From the IMG/VR virus record IMGVR_UViG_3300042890_002721, positions 1 through 64,000 of that record: DNA of 64,000 bases. The stretch is one strand, 5' to 3'. Within the stretch, counting starts at the first letter, position 1; the number at the start of each line of letters is the position of its first letter. The stretch is from a virus. The notes under the pieces are model-generated. The model did not search any database, was not told where the DNA came from, and saw nothing but the letters and a program-made list of their open reading frames with translations. A program made the translations under genes and the position numbers. Below are positions 26,640 through 35,921 of the stretch, in pieces.

Positions 26640-29012
26640 CTATTTTAAATTTAAGCTTGATATATTATCATTACCTTTAACAACTGTAACAACGTTATCT
26701 GCCCAATCCTTAACCAAGTCATTGTGCGTAATTAAGAATACAATATCATACATATCTTTTATTTTATCAAACAATGGTTTAAGTTTTTCAATGTTTTCTG
26801 GTGCTACTTTACCTAACACTTCATCAAATGTGATGAAATTAGGCATTGGTAATGTGGATATTTTACCTAGTACACCTCTCAATGCTAAACTAGATGCCGT
26901 TTTTTCAAACCCACTACCAGATTTCAATAATTTAGATACTCCATCTTTGATTATTAAAAACTCAACGTCATTCTTATCATTCATAAATATCTCGATTTCG
27001 AAATCACACACATCTTCTAATAATCTTTGAACCTCAGAGTTAATAATTGGTAATACTGAACGTAATACTAATTTACTAATACCTTTTTTACCCACCAAAT
27101 CAATATAGACCTTAAATACTTTTTCTACCTCTTCTTCTTTTTTAATTGTTTCAATCAATTTATTTTTAATCTCAATTGAAGATTTATTTAAATTAATATC
27201 ATTACCAACTCTTTCAATATTGGTTATTGTATCATCTTTGGTTCTATTAGAAACAACTAATTTAGTTTTAACATTCTCAACTTCACTATCAACTCTTTTG
27301 TTTAGTTCAATAGCTTCTTTGTTAAGTTTATACTTCTTAAGTTCATTCATCTTAGATGAAACATCGTTTCTTAAAGCACCAATTTCAACATCAATTCTAT
27401 CTCTACTTAATTCTAATTTATTTTTATTATCGATTACTTCTTTGATAGTGTTTAAAGATTCTAATTCTTCATTGATACTTTTGATTAATAAACCTAATTT
27501 GGTTACATCACTTTTGATTAATTCGATTTGTTTTTTATGACCATCTATGTGTTCAGAGTTATCAACATCATCTAATTTTCTGTTACATGATTGACAAATA
27601 CCACCAGCAACCAAATCATCAACAACTATTTCCAATCGACTAACCTCGGCACTCTTAACGGCCTTATCAGATGTTTGTGTTGTTAAATCTTTTGTTAATT
27701 CGTGGTGACGGTCCTCATCAAAACTAACTTCACCAATCTCTTTAATTTCATCAACAACTTTGTTAAAGTTAGCTAATAATATTTTACCATTTTCGGTTAT
27801 TGTTTTAATATCACCTTCTAATTTAGATGGATTAAGCTCAGAAATAGTAACATCTATTTTTTCTTTACTATTTAACAATCTATCATTCTCATTACTTAAA
27901 TCAGTAATTTCTTTTTTGGTTGATTCAAGACGTTCATTTAATGTTTTTTCTAATTCAACTGCTAAAACACCTTTTTCTTTGTGGTCATCAATTTCTTGAT
28001 TTAATGTAATCACATCAAAATCATTAGATTTTTTCTTTTTAGCAAATTCATTATACATAGTTCTAACAGCAGCTTCTTTCATTTCTAAAACTTCCAGACC
28101 AATAAGTCTAGTAAGTATCTTTCCAGATTCTGTTGTTGTTAAACCAATCAAATCATCTAAATTATTTTCAGTTGCCAATACAAGCATCTCAAAATCTTTT
28201 TCAGTACCAATAGTTTCTTTTAATTTTTTAGTAGTTGCTTTAGCATCTTCCTCATTTAATTCCTTTTCAGTACCATCTGGTAATAACTCATAGTAATTAA
28301 CTTTATTCGTAACTGTCCATTCACCAGTTTTCTTTTGTGAACGTCTCATTTTACGCTCTATAATGACTTCATCACCTTCTAAATCAATCATACCACGCAC
28401 AACTAATTCATTTTTATCACTATATGTATTAAAAATTTGCTCATTCTTATCTGTTTTGGTTGTTGTACCATGACACAAGAATTTAATACCATCAATTGTG
28501 AATGTAGTTTTCCCACCTTGATTAGCTGGAACTGAATTAACAACTGTTAAACCTTTTAATTTAGAAAATGGAACATAATTATCCTCACCAAAACATAAGA
28601 AATTATTAACCATAAGCCATTTCATTGACCATGTTTTATGTTGTGAAGAATTTAAATCCACATTTAGCTCACCATTAACTTTGTTATCCAAAGCTATTAT
28701 TCTATCAAAATCGATAACTTTACCATCTCTTTCAATAATCTCTTTCATAAGAGCTCTTTGGTAATTAACATCCATGATATTTTCAATACCAGCACCACTA
28801 ATTTCAATTAATTCACCCTTTTCATTCTTCTTAACTGGTCTATAGACAACATTAATATTGTTCCTATTCACACCGTATTTAGAAGCAAAATAGTTTCTAA
28901 TTTTAATCTTATTATCTTTACTGTAATTATGTGGTAAATCATCCCAATACACTTTAATTTTAGAGTGTGTTGATATCATTGTTTTATCTAGTGTTTCAAT
29001 ATTATTCTCCAT
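26640..29012 (-). CDS. SbcC/Rad50 (gp46-like) ATPase
   Basis: NFLCFG, NQGGKTT, CQSC zinc hook, SGFEK signature, FDEVLG, LITH. Confidence 0.93.
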   Translation of the reverse strand: MENNIETLDKTMISTHSKIKVYWDDLPHNYSKDNKIKIRNYFASKYGVNRNNINVVYRPVKKNEKGELIEISGAGIENIMDVNYQRALMKEIIERDGKVIDFDRIIALDNKVNGELNVDLNSSQHKTWSMKWLMVNNFLCFGEDNYVPFSKLKGLTVVNSVPANQGGKTTFTIDGIKFLCHGTTTKTDKNEQIFNTYSDKNELVVRGMIDLEGDEVIIERKMRRSQKKTGEWTVTNKVNYYELLPDGTEKELNEEDAKATTKKLKETIGTEKDFEMLVLATENNLDDLIGLTTTESGKILTRLIGLEVLEMKEAAVRTMYNEFAKKKKSNDFDVITLNQEIDDHKEKGVLAVELEKTLNERLESTKKEITDLSNENDRLLNSKEKIDVTISELNPSKLEGDIKTITENGKILLANFNKVVDEIKEIGEVSFDEDRHHELTKDLTTQTSDKAVKSAEVSRLEIVVDDLVAGGICQSCNRKLDDVDNSEHIDGHKKQIELIKSDVTKLGLLIKSINEELESLNTIKEVIDNKNKLELSRDRIDVEIGALRNDVSSKMNELKKYKLNKEAIELNKRVDSEVENVKTKLVVSNRTKDDTITNIERVGNDINLNKSSIEIKNKLIETIKKEEEVEKVFKVYIDLVGKKGISKLVLRSVLPIINSEVQRLLEDVCDFEIEIFMNDKNDVEFLIIKDGVSKLLKSGSGFEKTASSLALRGVLGKISTLPMPNFITFDEVLGKVAPENIEKLKPLFDKIKDMYDIVFLITHNDLVKDWADNVVTVVKGNDNISSLNLK

Positions 29013-29406
29013 AAAAATCTCTTTTATTTTTGTTTCGTTCTAATTCTAACTTTTGTAACGTACTATTCCATTCTTTTTGAAAATGTTCAGAATCTTTCTT
29101 ATAAGAATCACGTTCCCCTTCAAGTTTTGTTACCTTTTCAGATAGTTCTTTTGTTTGTGAATCGTCAGTTATATAAACTTCTTTTTCAACTGTAATTTCT
29201 TTTATAACTTCCACAATCTTTTCAACTGGTACTTCTACAATCTTCTCAATTATTTTATCTTTTGGTTGAGCTATTGGTGATGAACCAAATTTTTCAGCAG
29301 TAAAGCCTTGTTTGATTAATTTTATTATAAATTCATCAATATTTGAGATATCATTGACTCTACAATAATCCCAAATCTCATCTTTAAGGTTCTTCGGTAT
29401 CTCCAT
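29002..29406 (-). CDS. hypothetical protein with EKIVEV repeats
   Basis: ORF in operon. Confidence 0.75.
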   Translation of the reverse strand: MEIPKNLKDEIWDYCRVNDISNIDEFIIKLIKQGFTAEKFGSSPIAQPKDKIIEKIVEVPVEKIVEVIKEITVEKEVYITDDSQTKELSEKVTKLEGERDSYKKDSEHFQKEWNSTLQKLELERNKNKRDFYGE

Positions 29407-29623
29407 CTAGTCCTAATATTAAATCTTTAACATCTTTATCTGTTTGGTGAAGAAATTGAATTTCTCCGTTGTTGGTATCCACATATACCGTCAAAACTTT
29501 GTTATTTGTCATAACATAAGTATTTCCATCTCTAGCTAATCCGAACTCACCATTTACAATGATAAAGTCATCCATATCAGCTGGAATGCTATTAATGTAC
29601 GTTTTTAATTCTGTTAACTTCAT
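29384..29623 (-). CDS. hypothetical protein
   Basis: ORF in operon. Confidence 0.7.
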   Translation of the reverse strand: MKLTELKTYINSIPADMDDFIIVNGEFGLARDGNTYVMTNNKVLTVYVDTNNGEIQFLHQTDKDVKDLILGLDGDTEEP

Positions 29624-30107
29624 TTATCTTCATTTTTAATTTTTTAACATTTTCATACTGACTAAGTAATTTTTCTAATCGATTTGGTTTTAATGTTTTA
29701 TATGTAGAATCTAAAAATTCAATAGCTGAGTTTTGGTTGAAGTTATCTAAAAGTTCCTTAGCAATATCATTTATGATTTCTAAACCATTATCTATCTCTA
29801 ATGAATAGTCTATACTTTCAACACTTTCCTCTATTAAGTATGGTGTGAATAAGTTAATTAATTCTTCTAATTCAAACTCTGGTATTCTAAACCATTCGGT
29901 TCTACTTGTTTTACCAGAGTTTTCATTAACAGCTAATATCCTATGTCTACTATACCTATTATGTAATTCAATTTCTGGTATTTCTGAAATACCAATTAAA
30001 ATAAGTGTCGGGTTATTGGCTCTTATTTGTTTGTATCTTCTATCTATATTATCCGTTTTTCCAATCTTGTATAAACCATTGGCTTCCATTAAATAAGTAA
30101 TAATCAT
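29592..30107 (-). CDS. GIY-YIG superfamily (T5orf172/MUG113-like) protein
   Basis: TYLM...LYKIGKT...RRYKQI...EIELH...TEWF. Confidence 0.8.
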   Translation of the reverse strand: MIITYLMEANGLYKIGKTDNIDRRYKQIRANNPTLILIGISEIPEIELHNRYSRHRILAVNENSGKTSRTEWFRIPEFELEELINLFTPYLIEESVESIDYSLEIDNGLEIINDIAKELLDNFNQNSAIEFLDSTYKTLKPNRLEKLLSQYENVKKLKMKINEVNRIKNVH

Positions 30108-30916
30108 AAATTAGTAATTTTCTCAGAACCACTTTCAATATCTTCAAGTGATTTTATTCTAAATTGATAATAAGGAAATCTATTATCAACATCATGTTCT
30201 GTAAATGTTTTTGATTCAATATCCCAAAACAAAAAACCATGCTTAGTAACGTTTTCACCAAAATCTTGTTGAATAAGACTTGATGGGTAAGCAATTGGAA
30301 TACCTTTATGGATAAATGATTGTCTTTTATGTATATCACCTAACATAACAATATCACACCCTTCAAATATATCTAAACCAGCACCATGGTCAAAATCATA
30401 ACCAATATCTGTTTTAGCATTCATTATTGGTGCATGGAACAACCCAATGTATGTTTTATCATCACCAAATTCAATTCTAGCACTTTCAATATCTGGTTTA
30501 CTATTATCTTCAAATATTGAATATACACACCAAACAATATTGTCATCCAAATAACATTTAGACTCTTTGAAATAATTTATATTTGCATCTGGTAAGAATT
30601 GTACCATTGGTGTGATACTATCCATACGGTCTTTATTATTCTCTAATAAATCATGGTTACCAGCGATAACTATAACTGGTGCTATCTCTTCCAATTTTCT
30701 TAGAAACCATGTCCCTAACATAAGTTGTTCATTTGATATAACAATCTTTTGATGAACCAAGTCACCAGCAACAAGTATTCTAACTTCATCCTTTTCATAT
30801 CCTTCAACCAACTCGATAATGTCTTTATATAGGTTTCTAAAAACCTCTTTATACTCATTATGTAGTCTCATTGTTCTGATATGAATATCAGCCATGTGTA
30901 TAATTTTCTTTACCAT
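30104..30916 (-). CDS. SbcD/Mre11 (gp47-like) metallophosphoesterase nuclease
   Basis: ADIHI, AGDLVH, AGNHD, FHAP, LGDIH, SLIQQDFGE. Confidence 0.93.
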   Translation of the reverse strand: MVKKIIHMADIHIRTMRLHNEYKEVFRNLYKDIIELVEGYEKDEVRILVAGDLVHQKIVISNEQLMLGTWFLRKLEEIAPVIVIAGNHDLLENNKDRMDSITPMVQFLPDANINYFKESKCYLDDNIVWCVYSIFEDNSKPDIESARIEFGDDKTYIGLFHAPIMNAKTDIGYDFDHGAGLDIFEGCDIVMLGDIHKRQSFIHKGIPIAYPSSLIQQDFGENVTKHGFLFWDIESKTFTEHDVDNRFPYYQFRIKSLEDIESGSEKITNL

Positions 30917-30922
30917 TTATAA

Positions 30923-31258
30923 TTATTTTTTATATCCGTTTAATCTTTTTATTTGTCCATTAAGTTTTTCAACTTCTTTATTAATATATTCATTTAAAGA
31001 AAAAATAGCATCTTCTATATAAATAAAAATTCCAAAACCAACAGATTTATTTCCATCATTAATAATTTCTGGTTTTTTCTCCCATTGTTTACCGAAACTT
31101 AATCGAATACCATTCCATTCACTTTTTATTTCACGGTATTCACAACTACCCATACTTAATTCAAGACCTTCAATCATTAACTCTACTATAGTAAAATTTT
31201 TATCATCAACGTAATAAATTGTATCACCTAATTTTAAGTCTTTACCAGTTTTGAACAT
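30923..31258 (-). CDS. hypothetical protein
   Basis: ORF in operon. Confidence 0.7.
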   Translation of the reverse strand: MFKTGKDLKLGDTIYYVDDKNFTIVELMIEGLELSMGSCEYREIKSEWNGIRLSFGKQWEKKPEIINDGNKSVGFGIFIYIEDAIFSLNEYINKEVEKLNGQIKRLNGYKK

Positions 31259-31259
31259 A

Positions 31260-32042
31260 TTAAGCGTTTTTCATTATGTTATAGTGGTGCATTTCAATAA
31301 GTTTTTTAGCTTCGTGTTTTAAATACATTATTTGAATCTTTTCGAATGACATTTTCTCTTTATCCCAATAACCAACACATATTTGACGACATTTACGATT
31401 TGGGTGCTCTAATTCGTACATATAAGCGTACACAGATAACTGTAATGTATAAATTGACCATTGACATGCTTGTAAGTGGTCAAATGGTTTAAAAAGTGTC
31501 TGATAACCAAATTCATTGAAGAAGTTAAATACTCTATTTGTTTTCCAATCCCATACATCAAAGAAAATTGGGTCTATATCTATTATTAAATCCGACATAC
31601 CAGCTAACTCATATTCTTCAGAAAAAAGGATTCTTTCTGGCCACATAGCAATACCTTCATTAATCTTCAATGCTTCATAACCTTCAATAACTTTTTGTTC
31701 AAATAACCCATCTTCTGACTCATCTGGAAAATACCATTTATTAGCTAATAAATAACGCTCAACTATATCATGGACTTTTGACCCATATATATTAGCATCA
31801 TCATTTAATTTTTGCCAAAAATCAAGTATTTCTTGTTGTGACAAACCAACGTAACGTTCTTGTTTTGCGTTATCTAATTGATTAAATATTGCCAATGAAA
31901 CAGATTCAGAATCAAAATGAGGTTCAATGGATGAAAGTGTCGTAGTTACCGACTTATATGTTTTACCAGTTTCCCTATGATGATATTTATGTTCTATTGG
32001 TTCAAGGTAAACTGGACCAACCCATAATTTCGCTTTACTCAT
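31260..32042 (-). CDS. PD-(D/E)XK exonuclease
   Basis: SVTT, GSKVH, AGMSDL, DWKTN, YTLQLSVYAY. Confidence 0.88.
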   Translation of the reverse strand: MSKAKLWVGPVYLEPIEHKYHHRETGKTYKSVTTTLSSIEPHFDSESVSLAIFNQLDNAKQERYVGLSQQEILDFWQKLNDDANIYGSKVHDIVERYLLANKWYFPDESEDGLFEQKVIEGYEALKINEGIAMWPERILFSEEYELAGMSDLIIDIDPIFFDVWDWKTNRVFNFFNEFGYQTLFKPFDHLQACQWSIYTLQLSVYAYMYELEHPNRKCRQICVGYWDKEKMSFEKIQIMYLKHEAKKLIEMHHYNIMKNA

Positions 32043-32112
32043 TATTTTTTTTTTTATTACAAATATACCATTTTTTTAACTTACATGCAAGTATTTATCT
32101 ATAAAATATTAT

Positions 32113-33279
32113 ATGGTAAATAGTAATATGAAAAATTTTATAAAACAAAAATTAAACGAAGCGTTATTGAAAGAGAAATTAATGCTTAAAGATTGGGATT
32201 TATATATTCAATTGGTAGCTAAGGCTTATGCTGAAGCACCAGACTTCGATGCTAGTGTTGTAAACGCTTGGAATGCTCTTAATCAATCTAATTATACATT
32301 ATTTAATAGAATCTTATCAAAGGTTAATTTAATCTTCATAACTTCAGATAAGAATAAAGTTGGTTCTATTGAAATAAATGGTAAACTTTATAAAGTTAAA
32401 TTAGCAGAACTTGGTGATGAGTATAATACTCAAAGTGAGATGAAAAATTCATTCAATGAAACTGGTATACTTAAAATTAGTATGGATTATTCTGAACACC
32501 CTATATTAAGTGTTAAAGATAATATTGTATTTAGAAGTGTTCATGATTACATTGCTCATATATTAGGTAATCATGATTTTGGTGCTAAGGGTGAAATAGC
32601 TTGTTATAATTTACACGCTAAAATGGCACCTAATGCAGCAATACCAGCGTTGTTTACTGAAGTGGTTGGACAAGCATCAACAACAATAGTAACTAATTCT
32701 TACCCTAAACAAAAAATAGCTATATTAAAAGGTTTTGATTACACAAGGGTAGGTCTAATTGATGATGATAATTATGTGATTGTTGATAAGGTTTTAGTTC
32801 CTAAATCACAAGCTGAAAATCCAATTATAAGTAAACCAATCGATAGAACTGAACCAAGTGTTGTTCCACAAAAACAAGAATTTGAAGAACCTTCATTAAC
32901 TGAGTATTATGATGATTTTGATTATGATGATATGGATTTTTTTGAACCAAAGAAAGCTAAGAAATCCGATAAGGTTACTTTTATGGCTAAATTACCAGAT
33001 GTGATTAGATTATACAGAATACTTGTTGCTGATTCAATAGAAGATATCGATACAACATTCTTAGGTTATCATTATTCAATGGATAAAAATAATCTATTAA
33101 GAACACACAGCTTTTTAAAAGGTAAAAAATACTTCTTGGCGACTGTAGATGCTAAAAAATCTTTGGTGGATATAAAAACTACTATGGATAATAATGCATT
33201 ATATCCTAATGAAAAAGAAATAACCCTTAAAAATAAAGGTAGAGGTGTTGATGTTATATCTATTGAACCGTTGAATTAA
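32113..33279 (+). CDS. late two-domain protein; C-terminal ADP-ribosyltransferase-like domain
   Basis: GTATTTAT upstream; N-term MKNFIKQKLNE; C-term LYR...HYS...NEKEI. Confidence 0.7.
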   Translation: MVNSNMKNFIKQKLNEALLKEKLMLKDWDLYIQLVAKAYAEAPDFDASVVNAWNALNQSNYTLFNRILSKVNLIFITSDKNKVGSIEINGKLYKVKLAELGDEYNTQSEMKNSFNETGILKISMDYSEHPILSVKDNIVFRSVHDYIAHILGNHDFGAKGEIACYNLHAKMAPNAAIPALFTEVVGQASTTIVTNSYPKQKIAILKGFDYTRVGLIDDDNYVIVDKVLVPKSQAENPIISKPIDRTEPSVVPQKQEFEEPSLTEYYDDFDYDDMDFFEPKKAKKSDKVTFMAKLPDVIRLYRILVADSIEDIDTTFLGYHYSMDKNNLLRTHSFLKGKKYFLATVDAKKSLVDIKTTMDNNALYPNEKEITLKNKGRGVDVISIEPLN

Positions 33280-33380
33280 CTATATTCATTATAATTTAAT
33301 TTTCTGGATGTTCTAAGTAAAGCAACTACACCCTTAGACCCATATTGTTCAAACAATTTAGATGGGTCATAACCTTCTGG
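33276..33380 (-). pseudogene. displaced original 3' end of primase gene
   Basis: Encodes PEGYDPSKLFEQYGSKGVVALLRTSRKLNYNEYS*, vs PEGYDVSLINQVYGSKGVIKLLRTTRKLKYDELN* in the intact gene. Confidence 0.9.
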
Positions 33381-33423
33381 TGACTTTTAAGTAAATTATA
33401 TGTATTTATATTAAAACATATAA

Positions 33424-33993
33424 ATGCCTTATAAGAACCCAGAAGATAAAAAAGCACATAACAAAAAACGTTATGAAAATAATAAAGAAAAATTAATTTT
33501 ACAAAATAAAGAAAATAAAAATAAAAAAATTAATAATAAAAAATATCGAGATAAAAATAAAGAAAAAATTAATGAAAACCAAAAAATATACGCATTAAAT
33601 AATAAAGAGAAAATTAATACATATAAAAGAGAATACGAAAAAAATAGAATGGAGATTGACCCATTATTTAAAATGATTAAAAACATTAGAAACTTAATTG
33701 GTGTTTCAATAAAAAGACAAGGGTTCGATAAAAACTCAAAAACTATTACCATACTTGGTTGCTCATTTAATGAATTCAAGTCATATCTAGAATCAAAGTT
33801 TGAAACATGGATGGATTGGGGTAATAAAGGTAAATATAATGGTGAATTAAACCATGGTTGGGATATAGACCATATTATACCAATATCTTCAGCTATAACT
33901 GAAGAAGATGTGATTAGATTGAATCACTATACGAATCTTCAACCATTGTGTAGTAAAATAAATAGAGATATTAAAAAGGATAACTTAATTTAA
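33424..33993 (+). CDS. HNH-type homing endonuclease
   Basis: Basic repeats, LGCS...YLESKF...WDIDHIIP...NHYTNLQPLCSKIN. Confidence 0.88.
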   Translation: MPYKNPEDKKAHNKKRYENNKEKLILQNKENKNKKINNKKYRDKNKEKINENQKIYALNNKEKINTYKREYEKNRMEIDPLFKMIKNIRNLIGVSIKRQGFDKNSKTITILGCSFNEFKSYLESKFETWMDWGNKGKYNGELNHGWDIDHIIPISSAITEEDVIRLNHYTNLQPLCSKINRDIKKDNLI

Positions 33994-34941
33994 CTCATCA
34001 TATTTTAACTTTCTTGTTGTTCTAAGCAATTTAATAACACCTTTTGACCCATATACTTGATTTATTAAACTAACATCATACCCTTCTGGTGGGATACATA
34101 TTCTAATTCTATCGTATAAATCACCAAAATTTAATTGTTTGTATAAGTGTATCGCATCTTTTAGTGCATCATCATCTAATAACACCACAATATTAGATGA
34201 TGATTTATCATAAATCATTTCTAACAAGATTGGTGATATGTATTTACCTAACATTGGTATTGAATTCGGTACTACTATATGGTCAGTAACACCTTCAACA
34301 AGATATATTGTAGCATCCCAATTAATTTTAGACTCATTGAAAATTATTTCTTGTTTTTCAACATCTGGATTTAAATATTTTAATTTGGTTTTCTCTTTTG
34401 CAAACCATCTAGCGATAAAATAATTTAATTTACCTTCACTATCATAAGATGGGATAATAATTCTATTAAAATGTTTACCCTTGATAGTATAACCTATATC
34501 AAATTCTTTGATTATATCATCTGTAATACCACGTTCTCTTAGATATGTCATGGCCATATCATACTTAAAATTTTTGGATGTGGATTCGGATAACTTTTTA
34601 TAACTTTCTGGTAATTCAACAATAACTTCTTTACGTTCTTTACCAACCATGGTGTCAGCATCTGGTTTTAATAGTAAGTAATCACGTAAATTTTTTTGTG
34701 AACCGTATTTTTTGATTAGTTTGGTAACTGGCCCTTGCATGTTGTTTACCTCACCACAAGACCAACAGTGAAAAACACTTCTATTATAGTTTATTTCTAA
34801 GTTACCTTTACCATCACCTTCGAACATATTTTTCTCATACGAACACGCTGGACAATCAAAAGAGATTTGTCCAGTATCTTCATTGTGTTTTCTGTTTTCA
34901 CCTAGAAAACCTTCGAGTATATCTACTAATAATACTGACAT
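33985..34941 (-). CDS. DNA primase
   Basis: CPAC...HCWSC zinc domain, YLRERGI, RIIIP, KYLNP, LVEGVTD, LDDDA TOPRIM. Confidence 0.9.
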   Translation of the reverse strand: MSVLLVDILEGFLGENRKHNEDTGQISFDCPACSYEKNMFEGDGKGNLEINYNRSVFHCWSCGEVNNMQGPVTKLIKKYGSQKNLRDYLLLKPDADTMVGKERKEVIVELPESYKKLSESTSKNFKYDMAMTYLRERGITDDIIKEFDIGYTIKGKHFNRIIIPSYDSEGKLNYFIARWFAKEKTKLKYLNPDVEKQEIIFNESKINWDATIYLVEGVTDHIVVPNSIPMLGKYISPILLEMIYDKSSSNIVVLLDDDALKDAIHLYKQLNFGDLYDRIRICIPPEGYDVSLINQVYGSKGVIKLLRTTRKLKYDELN

Positions 34942-34983
34942 ACCGCAAAATTACTAATTTATTATTGATTTTACAACTTTTTA

Positions 34984-35235
34984 TTAGAATTTTTTTAAAA
35001 TAAAAGATTTAACCAATAAATTTATGGTTGTACGTTTGTCTGAATAATACTTTGAATTATTGGTTGCAATGTATTTCTTTCTAACCATATCAAAAATATC
35101 TAGTATTGTTTGATTCCTTAATTCTAATGTGTAATTTAACTCAAAATATGTAATGTGAAAATCAACAACTGATTTGACAATAATCAAATCTTCATCAATT
35201 GTATTATCAATTAATTTATTTGTTTCACTTTCCAT
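34984..35235 (-). CDS. hypothetical protein
   Basis: ORF in operon. Confidence 0.6.
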   Translation of the reverse strand: MESETNKLIDNTIDEDLIIVKSVVDFHITYFELNYTLELRNQTILDIFDMVRKKYIATNNSKYYSDKRTTINLLVKSFILKKF

Positions 35236-35870
35236 AACTCATTTTTTTGCATATATCCAATACCAGCTACATACGCATCAGAAGTATCAAATGTTTCTTT
35301 TTTGAGTTTGTTTTTCTTATCGTAAAACCAAGCTACTTGTGGTTCTAATTCAGCAACCTTTTCCCATAACACATATTTCTTATCAACATCAAAAGAATAA
35401 TCACCAAATAATACTGGTGTATTTTTAGCAATGACTTTTTCAGTTAATGGTGTACCATCTTTTTTAAATTTTCTAATTGCCATTAATTCTGGGAATGCAT
35501 ATTTACGTGCATCATATGATGAAATAAAATCTGGAACAACACCAACTGTATCGTAAACAGATTTTGATATCATACCATTAAAACGTAAAAGAGTTGCAAT
35601 AGTATACACATTATTTGATTGTAATAATGGTTCTTCAATAACAACTTTAGTAATACCAAAGTCACTATAATTAGCTAAAAATTCTTGTTCAAATATTTCA
35701 ACCTTACGGAACAATTCTTCCATCTTACTTTGTGGTTGTGGTTTAACTTTTGGTGATACATGGTGTAATAATTTTAATTCACCATGGTCACCCATATCTT
35801 GGAATAACGCAATACCTATGCAACTTGTTGACACATCCAATGCTAATAAAAATTCTGGTTCTTTTGACAT
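35211..35870 (-). CDS. RuvC-like Holliday junction resolvase
   Basis: LALDVSTSCIG, VVIEEP, FDTSDAY. Confidence 0.8.
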   Translation of the reverse strand: MSKEPEFLLALDVSTSCIGIALFQDMGDHGELKLLHHVSPKVKPQPQSKMEELFRKVEIFEQEFLANYSDFGITKVVIEEPLLQSNNVYTIATLLRFNGMISKSVYDTVGVVPDFISSYDARKYAFPELMAIRKFKKDGTPLTEKVIAKNTPVLFGDYSFDVDKKYVLWEKVAELEPQVAWFYDKKNKLKKETFDTSDAYVAGIGYMQKNELWKVKQIN

Positions 35871-35921
35871 ATAATTCTTTGTTTTATACCAATGTATAAA
35901 ACCTTACGAAAAAATAAAGTC

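Noticed and set aside
29592-30107. T5orf172-like gene as another end-replacement cassette
   Set aside because: No duplicated gene terminus found on either side
31260-32042. Cas4
   Set aside because: Lacks the four-Cys Fe-S arrangement and CRISPR context; ordinary phage exonuclease
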